The notes under the pieces are model-generated. The model was given only the letters and a program-made list of their open reading frames with translations, searched no databases and had not been told where the DNA came from. DNA of 64,000 nucleotides, taken from contig CM082586.2 of the NCBI GenBank assembly GCA_040954595.2, forward strand, positions 1 through 64,000, in the 5' to 3' direction. The position numbers and the translations under genes were made by a program. Position 1 is the stretch's first letter; the number at the start of each line of letters is the position of its first letter. The DNA is from Balanoglossus misakiensis (Eukaryota > Animalia > Hemichordata). This document shows, piece after piece, positions 52,869-64,000 of this stretch.

Positions 52869-54104
52869 TCAACAATTCTTTCCAACCCAAGTGAAGTTCT
52901 GTTTGAGTACATTAGACAGGGCGTAATCGTAAGGTCTATAGAACTCACACAGGCGTTGCTTTGCCCAATCAGCCAGTTCAGGATGCTCACGACCTTTCGC
53001 TTTTGGCATGCAGGTGATTTTTGGAAAAGAGACACAGTAGTGGCCTTTCGTGCTGTCGTAGTAGAAATGCTCCTCCCTGAAAAAGCCCCTGACGCCTAGA
53101 AATTTTTCCACTTTCTGTAATTCAGCAGATGGATTAACGCGAAAATTCTCTCCATCGACAAAATGGATTTGATCTTTCGAAAAGTACTCTAGCCACCTGA
53201 AAAGATATTTGACATAGAGGCCCACGTCGACCATTTCGTTGTACATGTTGACGTTGGTAGGCCTCGCCTTCTCGAAAACTGTGTCTTCAATTGTTTCGCC
53301 TAGAGTTTTCCTTTGCATGAAATCGTGATCTTGGGCTTCAGTGGTTTTGTTAATAAATTCTACGTAGTCCGAAACTAACCTTCGTACTGGTTCACACACG
53401 ATCACAAGAATCCGGACATTCGGCGAAAGTGTGTCGCGAATTCGCTTCGGTGCATCGAATGGTCTGAAGAAATATGTTGGCGTTTTTTCGACGGTGATTT
53501 GGTATTTTGACGAGTAGGGCATTTGAGATTTGTACCATTCTAGTCCGCGTTCGTTCAGAGAATCAAAGTAGTGCGTTTCATCTTTGGGTCCAACCAGCTG
53601 AGGATGAAAGTTCAGAAATTTCAGAAGAGTCCCAGTTCCACATTTACGGACACCAGCGATGACAACCTGTGGTAGGCGTTTTTCGCATCCTCGCCGCTTC
53701 AACTCGTCCACTTTCAGTAATCGCTTGAGACGATAGACTGGATGGATAGGGTAGTAGCACGACGTTCTCCATCTTTCCACCATAAACCGCTTGGCATCAT
53801 AGCTGACGTCCCAAGTCGCATAGTCGTCGGACACCCCGTTTACGTACGCAGAATCGTTTAGGAGACTTTTCAACGATGATCTGTCGGCGAGCAGTTTTCT
53901 CGTCGTTTCCCCTTCTCTCGGCGCTTCTAACACTCTAAGACAAAGTAATGAGCAAACAAAGATTGCCACATACAGCGCTGTCCACGGTGATAATTTGAAT
54001 CCCTTCCTTGGCAAAACACGGTGTAGTTTTTCTTCCACCATCGCAAACCAGTCTCCTAATTTGCTCACGATTATGGCGCGGGTTGGCAAAGGCCGTTTAT
54101 CCAT
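52869..54104 (-). CDS. Heparan sulfate glucosamine 3-O-sulfotransferase-like protein, paralog B, 411 aa
   Basis: Signal-anchor WTALYVAIFVCSLLCL. Family motifs: KRLPQVVIAGVRKCGT, ETHYFD, GLEWYKSQMP, VEKTPTYF, EPVRRLVSDY, KGHYC, KGREHP. Collinear with paralog A and ends in TGA. Confidence 0.93.
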   Translation of the reverse strand: MDKRPLPTRAIIVSKLGDWFAMVEEKLHRVLPRKGFKLSPWTALYVAIFVCSLLCLRVLEAPREGETTRKLLADRSSLKSLLNDSAYVNGVSDDYATWDVSYDAKRFMVERWRTSCYYPIHPVYRLKRLLKVDELKRRGCEKRLPQVVIAGVRKCGTGTLLKFLNFHPQLVGPKDETHYFDSLNERGLEWYKSQMPYSSKYQITVEKTPTYFFRPFDAPKRIRDTLSPNVRILVIVCEPVRRLVSDYVEFINKTTEAQDHDFMQRKTLGETIEDTVFEKARPTNVNMYNEMVDVGLYVKYLFRWLEYFSKDQIHFVDGENFRVNPSAELQKVEKFLGVRGFFREEHFYYDSTKGHYCVSFPKITCMPKAKGREHPELADWAKQRLCEFYRPYDYALSNVLKQNFTWVGKNC

Positions 54105-55491
54105 CGTCTATGAGGTATATTTGTGGAAAGAACCACTGATTTGTGGCTGGGCGAGACCTCAGTAACAGCTGGCCCCTTTTCTGTGCATTATCAATATTCT
54201 TTAACACAGAAGGCTTGAATAGCTGATCGTTTCACCTAAGTGATTTGTGTTGGCCTGAACATGTGGTATACACATCAATAGAATGGTAACGCATTATGCA
54301 AATGATTCTTTATAAGTATTTTGCGGCAGTTTGCAAAACGTGTCACTGTACCAGAACCGTGATATTAAAATTATTGTATTATTTATTTATTTAATAGAGG
54401 CTTTTATGATATAATGACTGACAAGCTAGAACCAAATCTGCCAGGATCATCTCTGGATATCCAGCATTTAAGTCTTTGTACAATTTGAAAATTTGTCGAA
54501 ACGTATGTACTTGCTGTCAAATTGAAAATCTGGTCGAAAAAATTCTGAACGATAATCAAATGTGACAAAGATGAGCCTGAGACATTTCAATATACCGGGG
54601 AGCGTTTCTAATGGTAAGCGCCGAGTGCTATCACTCCTCCCGTGATAAATACATGGAACCTTTCTCCACTTGGTGATAAATACGGGGAATGCCTAACAAT
54701 ATAATCCTGAGTTCAAAAAGGTATGCTTTCCGGTTTAGGAGGACGAACTGAGATAATCCCGATGTTCACGTCGAGTATTTTCCGATTTAGGCCGACGAAC
54801 TGTTTTAAAGACAGTTTTATCTTTCAATAACATTTAATACCGCATATGCACTTGCCTTTTCACGTTCATTTTGGCTTACGTACAGAAGTAATTGTTTAAC
54901 AAAATTAAAATAATTATTGTAATTATTGTAAACATTTACTTATACCAAACATGCCGGAATTAAATCTGTACATGTTTGCATAAGTCAATGTTCGTTGCAG
55001 CCTACAAATATCTTATTCGTTTACAAAAGACAGCATCAGGCTGACACCGTAATATTTGCATAAGAATAGCATATAACAATGAACAACGCATACGTACTTG
55101 CAGGGTGAATGGCAACATGACGTACTGACACTGAATCATACCATGTGATATGTTGAGAGACCATTGAAGAAAAAAATGACATAAAGTTGATTTCATTCCC
55201 CGACGTTCAAGCAGAATAACCCCATTAATTTGATTTGATTTGATCAATCGATCATTGATTCGATTGATTTGATTTAAATTGATTTTGAGAAAGTCGCGAC
55301 AACAAGAAATCCTCCATCTTGAAATCGCAATTTTTTGCATCCGGAAGTTGCAGAGTGCAATTTCTGGAAGTAATATAAGACCATCGAGATCCACGGATCA
55401 TTCAATCAGTTTTCATAATTATGTATACGGCAGATTCCATTACCTTCTCCTTTGTGCTTTATGGGCCCAGCAAATCTGAGCGGCGGCTTCC

Positions 55492-55828
55492 TTAAAGTAG
55501 TACGTGCCCTGGAAAGATGATAGTCCTCCAAACCTTTTAATTCGTTGCACAACAACATGTATGAGGAGTCCTTTTGAAAACAAAGAAAAAAACAGGGTGT
55601 TCATCTAGTCTTGTTTTCATAAAAATCATTATTTCAATTTCTCTCCTTATAGTTAATACAGAATATCATTTTGAATTTCAAATTTATGATAATTTGCTCT
55701 ATAATCCGCAAACTTTTGCACGGTGACATCCAAGTTTTATCCTTAATTTAAGAGATGATTGTCTAAAGTTACCTTGAGCAAATTATGATAAAAGCTTTAA
55801 GATTTAGACTTTCGGGGCACATACCCTA
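55492..55828. mobile_element. Diverged non-autonomous DNA transposon (MITE-like)
   Basis: Imperfect terminal inverted repeats GTACGTGCCCTGGAAAG ... CTTTCGGGGCACATAC, TTAA at the left end, AT-rich interior, no ORF. Confidence 0.5.
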
Positions 55829-57085
55829 CATGTAAGCGAGGCGGGGTATATAATGACGTAGTGTCGCCCAATATTTTGATATTTGTTCAGTACTCTGCTG
55901 CTCTACCTTCAAAAAACGAGCTGACCCATCATAAATACGATACACTGAGAACACATCAAACAACGTGGTACCCTTAAATATTTTTTTTTCTTGGAGAACA
56001 AATACTTAGATGACTATGAAATGTTTTATATTTTTCTATTAAATATTGATTAAATTTTTCATTGTGAAATTTCAGTACCGGCGTTTTTGTGCCAACTGTT
56101 AATATTACTTGACAAAAGAGAGGCGCAGTCTGTAAATGTAAGATGTGCTGGTATGTACTTGTCAGTGGTGAACCATCGTATAAAAGTGGGATTGGTTGAA
56201 AAGAGGACTTTTGACGGCCAACAAGCCCACTGATCACTGCTACGATACCACTCTCCAACCCATAGAAGGTAAGACCCATTTCTTCAAGATTTTTTCATAT
56301 AATTACACTATGTCTGCGTATTCATGTAACTTGGTAGTAGTTTTGTCCGGTCTTCTGAATTTTGCTGGATAAGGTGATCAAAAACAGTGAACTTAAGACG
56401 CGGAACACATAGTTGAATGAAAGGGTGATTGGATCGACAGACACCAAACACACAAGAAAGGTTAGTTTAGATGAGGGCTAGTCCGTGGATTAATGTTTTC
56501 TAATGAAAGAAAAATGTAGGGAGGATCTATACCTATTTGGGGTACAAGTTCGATCATTTCATTGCCAAATTTTTCGAGAAAGAAAAAGCTCGAATTCTAA
56601 AATGATGACATACGATACTCACTCACTCACGGAGTAAAATGGCGGGGCGAATTGCTTGTAAAACATTTTGGAATCATCAAAATGTACATGTACAGTTTGT
56701 TGGTGTAGTGTACGAGAGTTCTAAAATGTAAATTTTACTCCGGATATTCCTGGACATAGGGCATTCGACTTTACACTAAATAATTTAGAAAGTATGAACT
56801 CTGTAGTAAACAGACTGACTATTTTTTTAAATCTAACTGACAAAAAATAAGGTATATTTGTGAATATTAATTTTTGTTAGGCAAAATAAAAGTTCTGGCA
56901 ATAAGTGTGATGACTGATCAATTGGGTTATTTTGTAATATTTCCATGAATCTCTCGGCGTACGCGAGTTTTCATGGGCATAACTAATCAAATACCCGCAC
57001 TATATCCACTCCCAGTGACTTCATGTGTGTATTTTGTTGTACTCGTTTTTGCTGGTAGTCTCAAGCCCAACTATCCTTTACCTCT

Positions 57086-57990
57086 TGTTACGACACGCTG
57101 GCCGTTCCAGCCGAAACAGGGCGAGCAATAAACACACTAGCCGGATGGCGTACTTTGTAAGGAACCAAACCAGCGCCGCACGCAACAAAGTTGGTCAACA
57201 AAAGTCACAACAACCAGCAAATCACCTTATTTATAACGAATTTAATAATAACTAAAATAATCGTGAACATTAAATATTATAAACTAAAGAAACACACAAG
57301 AAACAAGTGAACTACCTTTTTAAACGTGACCAGGTGTGCATAAACTGAAAACAGAACAAGTCCAATGTCCGCTAGAACGTTCCGCTGACTTGACGGAGGA
57401 CACGTAGACACAGCAACTCGGCGATAATTCAGTGTAGACACAGCGACACGGCGACAGCTCCAACTCGGCGGCAGTTCAGCGTAGACACAACGACAGCTCC
57501 AACTCGGCGGCAGTTCAGCGTAGACACAACGACAGCTCCAACTCGGCGGCAGTTCAGCGTAGACACAACGACAGCTCCAACTCGGCGGCAGTTCAGCGTA
57601 GACACAGCGACACGGCGGTCCAGGCAAAAGTCCAGCTCCAACTGGTTCCACAAAAGTCCGCAAAAGTCTGCTCCACAAAAGTCCGCAAAAGTCTGCTCCA
57701 CAAAAGTCCGCTTCAAAAGTCCGCTCCACACGAAACAGCACGACTTACAACTTGTTCAGAAGGGCAGCCACAGCTTCCAAGACGGTTCAAACGAGCAGCA
57801 CGTCCTCCAGGTCAAATTAACCTCCACACCCACAACGTGGCAACGAGCGGGCTTTTATACTAGCCAAATATTAATTCATCACACCTGGTCACTTAAATAT
57901 TCAAATAAAGAAAGCAAACGAAACGCACACGAAAAGCACACGAAAAACACACCTGGTCACAAAACAATAGCCGACTGAACCTACGTAACA
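57086..57990 (-). mobile_element. Solo LTR (905 bp) of an LTR retrotransposon
   Basis: TG...CA termini with 7-bp inverted ends TGTTACG/CGTAACA and a 4-bp target-site duplication CTCT (57082-85, 57991-94). A minus-strand TATAAAA lies near 57855. Internal 39-bp and 25-bp tandem repeats; no gag or pol. Confidence 0.8.
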
Positions 57991-58145
57991 CTCTGATGTA
58001 CATGAAATATTGACTGTAAATACAAACAGGTAAAAAGTCAATATCCGGAACATACCTCAAAGGGTAACGTTTTATTGGTTTTTCACTCCCACAGGTGAAA
58101 AGAGAACAGAATAATACATATGGTGAGAAGAATTGCGGGTTGAGT

Positions 58146-58237
58146 ATGACCGTTGGACGATCAAGGGCTCTGCGCATGCCTCGGTTTCAAATCACATTTT
58201 TGTTCATATGTGCTGTAGCAGCAAAGAGTGCAGGGGT
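58146..58237 (+). CDS. First coding exon, signal peptide (MTVGRSRALRMPRFQITFLFICAVAAKSAG)
   Basis: Acceptor TTTTCACTCCCACAG at 58094, in-frame ATGs at 58146 and 58176, a hydrophobic core, and GTAAGT donor at 58238. Phase 2 joins correctly to exon 58631. Confidence 0.72.
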
Positions 58238-61200
58238 GTAAGTAAAGTAACGGCCTTCTACTGAATCTGACAAGTCATCATGGATGACGCAGTCTCCTTA
58301 TACTGAATCTAACAATCACGAACACAATAATGCTTTCATTTAAAACCATTCGAGATCCCTTAGTGCAAATAGTAGTGGAGTTTTTTCGGTTCTATGCATG
58401 AGTACATATATGAACAAATTATAACCAATCCCAAACCAAGGGCTTTTTCACTGAAAATCACTGAGAAATGTAACTATACTATTCAATATAATTTAAAATA
58501 TAAGAAGACAATAAGTCAACACTTGGAAATACCGCCCGTGTCTGTATGTAAACCAATCAGTTATTACTGACCAATTTAATGTGAAATGTACAAAACTCTC
58601 ACTTTCCCACTTTTTTCTTCCTACGTCTAGAAAGTACGATGAACTGGAAGATGATTTACACTCTTTGATATCTCAAGACAAAGAAATCCATGGTAAGACG
58701 TTTTTAAATTTCGCCAAATACGCACTGGTGTCCGTCGCATACCCAGTTTTTGTCCATAGAAATAGCTGTAAAAGATCACCATCGTCAAGTGACGCAATGT
58801 ATGATGTATGATGCAAGTAAGATCGCAATTTTTTTTTAGTTCAGTTTTTTTTTCTTAGTTCAGTTGACAATTAAATGATTTAAACTATTTTTCATACTAG
58901 AAAACAATTTTTGGAAGCGGAACAGTTTCATCCTTCCACGAATCGGAGTCCGTGAGTTAATCTTATAAATCATTTCATTTTATTTTATTTATAAATAAGA
59001 TGGAAATTGTTAATTTTTAATTTTTAAAGTTACAGTTTGATCGGAGTTAAATAAATTTACATTTGAAACACACCTTAAGAAAACTGTTTAAATGAAAACA
59101 AAGCTTAGACGTAAAGCTTTTCTTTTTCGTCCTCCAGCAAGTGAAGGAAACACTGGGCACTGTAACACATGGGGGAAGTACGCTTTGCACTACCGGACTT
59201 TCGATGGTAAAAAGTTCAGTTTCCATGGCGTTTGCACCTACACCTTAGTTTCTGAATGTTCCAGTGGAAGCTTCGAAATTTTTGTCTCCAATGATCCAAA
59301 TTGCTCTCCAAGTTCTGTTTGTCAACGTTCTATCTCCGTCACTATCGGCGAACCAAGCAAAGAATTAGTTCTTCGGAACGAGAGCGGTGAAGCTGCAGTG
59401 TTTCTCGGTGGTGATCGCATCGGCATTCCCGCCGATACCCAGGGTTACCTGGTCGAGCAAGTGAGAGACTACATTTTCGTTGAGAACGGCGGGCTTGGAT
59501 TTCGAATCACGTGGGATGGAGCTGATTCTTTTAGTATAGAGCTGACCAATTCGGATCTGCAAGGCCGCACGTGCGGTCTGTGTGGTACATGGAACAATAA
59601 CATCAACGACGAGTTCACCATTGCTAACGGCCAAGTCGTGCAAGACTTGGAGGAATTTGCAGAGAGTTGGCAAGACCATGGATCATCGGAAGGTAAGCGT
59701 TTGATTCATCCATAACATTTGTTAATTTTAAAAATTGGTCGTAAAAGCATTTTAGATGTTATTTAAACTCATGATTCTGTAATTTTTTCGTAGGAAACCG
59801 ACTCACGAAACGGAAAAGCTTTATTCTTCCACGAATTGGACAACGTAAGTAAACCTGCAGTCTTTATTTTTCTTCAACAATCATCGCTGATAATATCTTT
59901 ACACATATGTAAAATTATGGAAATTTAGAAACATTAAATTTTAGGCTTTGGTGATTCACGGTGTTCTAGAACATTGGGTAGTCAAATAAGAGACCACGTG
60001 ATCGTTCCCAGCGACAAAAATGAAGTTACTGAAACCCTTCTTCAATAACTGGAAATTTGCCAAGAGATTACACAAATAAGTTTTGACTTGGTGTCTCCTC
60101 CTGGATTTATCTGTGTTGTCATAAAATGGCAAGTTTCTACAACATGTCAATTCACTGAACTATCGTTCTCCCAACAGAATTCAAAAAGCAAATAGTCGTC
60201 GCTGTACAACCCAGTGACCACCAAATATATCATATTGTGAAATATGTGCTAAAATAGCCTGATTGTTATTCGTCCGAAATGACGTTTCTTAGGGATGTTT
60301 TTTTCTTTCCTGACATTTATGACGCAGCTCAATGTGATGGCCCTCCACGTGACCTGCAATCCTGTAAACTGAGTTCTCGAAACATTGAACCTGACCCTGA
60401 TGACACGGAGGAAGAGGCCAGAGCCAAGATGGCAGTCAATACATGCAACGCCCTGGATTCAGAGCCATTCGCATCCTGTCACGATGTAAGTAAATTATTC
60501 ATTCGCTCGAATGGCCAATCGATAGATCGATGGATCAACATATCCATCCATCCCTGAACCAGCAAGCCGTCCATATATCTATCCGTCCATTAACTGATCA
60601 CTCTAGCCATGAATCCGTCGATCGTCCAATTAGTCAGATAGTCCATTAACCTATTAATCAACCAACCAGTCAATTAATAAACGAATCTGTAATCAATGGA
60701 ATGAAAGAAATTTAGTTTGATCAAGTAGTTTAGCTTGTTATCAAGGGTGCGATGCATAGCGGATAGTCCACTAGTCTAAACCGAGTAAGGTTGTTTTCAT
60801 CATTTTTTGTCCGGTAGATCGTGGAAGTAAAGGCCTACAAAACAGCCTGCAATGAAGACATGTGTTCATGCAGCCAGGAAAATCTGGAGGAATGCAAGTG
60901 TGCTGCACTTGCTGCCTATGCACGAGAATGCGCGCGCATGGGCTCACCCGTCGACTGGAGAAGCGAAAACCTTTGTCGTGCGTATGCTCTATGTTCCACT
61001 CATTCCCTGGGCATGCGTGTTATTTGTTCGAACTTTTTTGGCATTTGCGCCAAAATGTCTGTGTTAAAGGCTGAAATAATCAGCCCAATGCTACAACTGT
61101 ACTGAAATGCAACCGCTACGGATTAAGTCATCAAATCAAACCTTTTCATGTGGCATTATCTCAGTCAATTCATTTGTCCCACATGTCCTCCCTTTACTTC

Positions 61201-63710
61201 ACAGCCGTCATTTGTCCAAGTGGAATGGAGTTCACGGAATGTGAAGCGTCGTGTCCCCAGAGTTGTCAATCAAAAGGCGAAGGAAATTGTGACGTAGAAG
61301 AATGCATCGACGGTTGCCGCTGTCCATCCGGCACGTACCTATATCAAGGCCAGTGTGTCCAGGCTTCACAGTGTCCGTGTTACTTCAATGGAGTGGAATA
61401 CCCAGCCCAATCAATACTTGAACAGGACTGCAATCATTGGTACGTTTATTTTCAATAGACCATTTTCCGAACTTTAGGAGACCAAGAGATCTCGCACTTT
61501 TATGCGACACAGAACAAACAACGCTTAGCCAATCGTGGAAAATTGTCAACAAATGTTCAGGTTTATCTAGAAATGTTCGAATTGAGAACTGTTAGATTTG
61601 CATGGCAAAGGGTCGTTTCCTAAAGTGAGCTAATAGTTAGCCAATCCTATAGCTGTCAATTAGTTTCAAGCAAAATAAAAAATATTCAAATCTTAGTTCA
61701 GATCAGGACCGATAGAAATATAATTCAAACTTTATGTGGTTTGTCTGTTTGTTTTTCATTCAGTGAATGTATTGATGGCAGTTGGAGTCGATGTACAAAC
61801 GATATCTGTGAAGGTATGTTAATGAACCCATTTAAACAAGACCCTTCTTTCTTGTTGGCAAAAGTGTTCACAACAACCACTGTGGGTGTATGCTGTCTAT
61901 ATTTTCATTTAAGGCTACAACAATGCGATTTTCGCGTCACCTCTCGTATGGCTTATGTATAAGTGCAAGGGTAAACAAGCACGCAACTCCCTAGTTCGGT
62001 TGAAGAATGTAAGGGGCGAGATTTATCGACAGGATTCGTAATTGTTTTGACATAATTAACTACATGTTTTCAAGCTCAATTTGGGTAATGCTACAAATAC
62101 AGGCTACGTTGTTGTTTTTTCCAGGAACCACTGTGTTGCAACTATTGTAATTTTAATGTGTCGCCCACGTGAACGATTCCGATAATAATATAATCCGGTA
62201 CCATGGAAACTTAATTATGGCTATTTTATTCACAGCGCACTGTCGCGTTTACGGAGACCCTCATTACTCGACATTTGATGGAACGAACTATGACTTTATG
62301 GGCGACTGTACTTACGTTTTGTTGAAGAATTGTTTCAGCGAAAACGGCAATTATCATATTTTGGGCAAAAATGTCGAATGTGGACGGTCTGACGGTCTGA
62401 CGTGTACAAGAGCTGTCATCATTGAAATCGGCCACACCCTTGTCTACTTAAAACGTGGGGGCGCTGTTAACGTGAATGGAGACGACGTTGACAAATTTCC
62501 TTTCACGGAAGAAAGCGTTTATATCGAAAGAGTATCGACCATATTTGTCAAGGTAACTGATTTAACGATGTGTCACATCATTTAATATAAAACGCTGGCA
62601 TTGAGAATATTGATGTGTATTTTATTAAAATTCGCACCAAGTGGACTGGCCGTGAAATCAAATGTATATCCTGTGAAATGCTGTTTAAGATTATGATAAT
62701 AGCACATTCATTTAGGCCGAGAATACTACATTTACATAAACTTTTCACTATTCAAACAGGTCGAACTTAACAACGGAGTAAAGGTATTATGGGATGGTCG
62801 AAGTCGCGTGTTCATCAGGGTTAGTCCCGATCACTTCAACAAAACGTGCGGTTTGTGCGGTACTTTCAACAACAACCAGCTCGATGACTTCCAAACCATG
62901 CAAGGTGCGTATAGACAGACACAAAGACGGGCAGGCAGGCAGGCAAACAGACAACCTTTTTTTTATCTTAACTGATAAAAAATATCTGGAGCAAACTACA
63001 ATGACAGTGACGACAGATATGGCCGCAGGTGGCTTTTGAAATATTTTACCACAACTTTTCTCATTCTGTGTTGTCAGTTCTGGATGTCTTGTTACTGTTT
63101 CAGAGTGACAATATACAGGTAAAAACTTTAAGAGAAAGTTTTGACTCTCCTTTCCTCTGACTCTAGGCGACGTCGAGACAAGCGTTGAAGCGTTTGCCAA
63201 CAAATACAAGACTAATCCAGGGTGTAAAGACGTGCCAATTGAAGAAGTACCTCATCCCTGTGACGTGTACTCCCAGCATGCCTCTACAGCCGAACGACTG
63301 TGCAGTCACCTGCTGAATGAAGATATCTTCAGAGGTATTGACCAGAACAAATTAGATATTTGCATAAGGAGGCTGGAATAGAAAGTCCGGCCTCTTCTGT
63401 ATTTTAACAAGAGTCTGTACATTTTCCAGCCGGTCTTACAAGAGATAAATAACACGAATGTTGTGAGTGAAGGGGCACTATATCATAACTTAAGGATAAA
63501 TGAAAAACAAACCTTATCTTTCAATCACTTTCCCAGAATGCCACAGTGTTATAGATCCACAGTCCTACTACGACAATTGTATGTTTGATGTCTGCGCATG
63601 CGAACAGCGAGCCTGTCACTGCATCTCCTTGTCAGCCTACGCGCATGACTGTGCCAACAAAGGAGTTCCTTTGAATGGATGGCGACAGCTGGAATCCCTT
63701 CCCGAATGTG
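58146..63710 (+). CDS. Secreted VWF/gel-forming mucin/SCO-spondin/otogelin-type protein, 5' part (signal peptide, VWD-C8-TIL-E, VWD-C8); continues beyond the window
   Basis: Phase-consistent GT-AG exons: 58146-58237, 58631-58692, 58901-58951, 59138-59692, 59794-59844, 60328-60485, 60818-60977, 61205-61439, 61764-61813, 62236-62552, 62760-62904, 63167-63334, 63537-63710. Motifs: CNTWG..HYRTFDG, TCGLCG (twice), C8 domains, a TIL domain, CRVYGDPHYSTFDG. Confidence 0.92.
58901..58951 (+). CDS. 51-nt phase-1 microexon A: (E)NNFWKRNSFILPRIGV(P)
   Basis: TTTTTCATACTAG acceptor and GTGAGT donor; open in the frame linking exons 58631 and 59138. Confidence 0.8.
59138..59692 (+). CDS. VWD domain 1 exon
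   Basis: CNTWGKYALHYRTFDGKKFSFHGVCTYTLV...RITWDG...GRTCGLCGTWNNNINDEF; CCTCCAG acceptor and GTAAGC donor. Confidence 0.93.
59794..59844 (+). CDS. 51-nt phase-1 microexon B: (G)NRLTKRKSFILPRIGQ(P)
   Basis: TTTTTTCGTAG acceptor and GTAAGT donor; same length and phase as microexon A, with the same peptide motif. Confidence 0.82.
60328..61813 (+). CDS. C8, TIL and E/VWC-like exons of D assembly 1 (4 exons)
   Basis: PFASCHD|IVEVKAYKTACNEDMCSC...CAALAAYARECAR..WRSENLC|PVICPSGMEFTECEASCPQSC...CIDGCRCPSG...DCNHC|ECIDGSWSRCT. Confidence 0.92.
62236..63710 (+). CDS. VWD2 (GDPH, CGLCG) and C8 exons of D assembly 2 (4 exons)
   Basis: HCRVYGDPHYSTFDG...|VELNNGVKVLWDGRSRVFIRVSPDHFNKTCGLCGTFN|GDVETSVEAFANKYK...|ECHSVIDPQSYYDNCMFDVCAC. 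Confidence 0.93.
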
Positions 63711-64000
63711 GTGAGTGTACTGTGAATATAACATGTTCTCTGACATCGATGAAATACGACAAAATAATGTATATGAGTGCTTCGTAACCATTCCCTGTAT
63801 TTTCGTATATGTGTGCTGCTTCGAGTCATGGCTACGTTTGAATAACGAAATTAATATTAATCCATGCTTATTTTCTAAACGCGGTAGGTAACTTTGTGAA
63901 TTCATCACTTTGAATGATGGATACTCTCGTTGTTTAGATTTGAATGACCGCACAGTTGCTAAAGTTGCGTGGACAATTTTTGAAATAGTGTCATATTAAT

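Noticed and set aside
54640-54805. Short direct repeats (GTGATAAATAC twice; TTCCG.TTTAGG..GACGAACTG twice)
   Set aside because: They are too short and have no defined termini, so no element can be called.
57277-57741. Cys-rich repeat ORF (CRCVYAELPPSWS)n
   Set aside because: It is a translation of the 39-bp repeat inside the solo LTR.
59092-59137. RRKAFLFRPP at the start of the 59092 ORF, resembling neuromedin U FLFRPRN
   Set aside because: It is the polypyrimidine tract of the acceptor at 59137, so it is intronic, and it lacks the PRN-G end.

Overview
This window is the left end of a eukaryotic (animal) chromosome. A terminal (CCCTAA)n telomere (1-1510) is followed by about 30 kb of GC/CpG-rich subtelomeric minisatellites: a 70/64-bp telomere-containing unit, related 52-bp and 46/32-bp units, a 21-bp unit and a G-rich 46-bp unit. 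The main array contains a ~1.28-kb-arm inverted duplication. Next come an AT-rich ~282-bp satellite sitting inside a diverged local duplication, and then the first genes. These are an NHL-repeat protein with a single coding exon, two tandem intronless heparan-sulfate 3-O-sulfotransferase-like genes, and the 5' part (12 coding exons) of a secreted VWF/gel-forming-mucin/SCO-spondin-type D-domain gene preceded by a solo LTR. All long ORFs from 208 to 38.5 kb are read-throughs of repeats. The most novel observation is two 51-nt phase-1 microexons, missed by the ORF track, that flank the first VWD domain. Each encodes KR-(N/K)SFILPRIG, and they differ mostly at synonymous sites. A marine invertebrate deuterostome source is an inference from gene content, not something the sequence shows.
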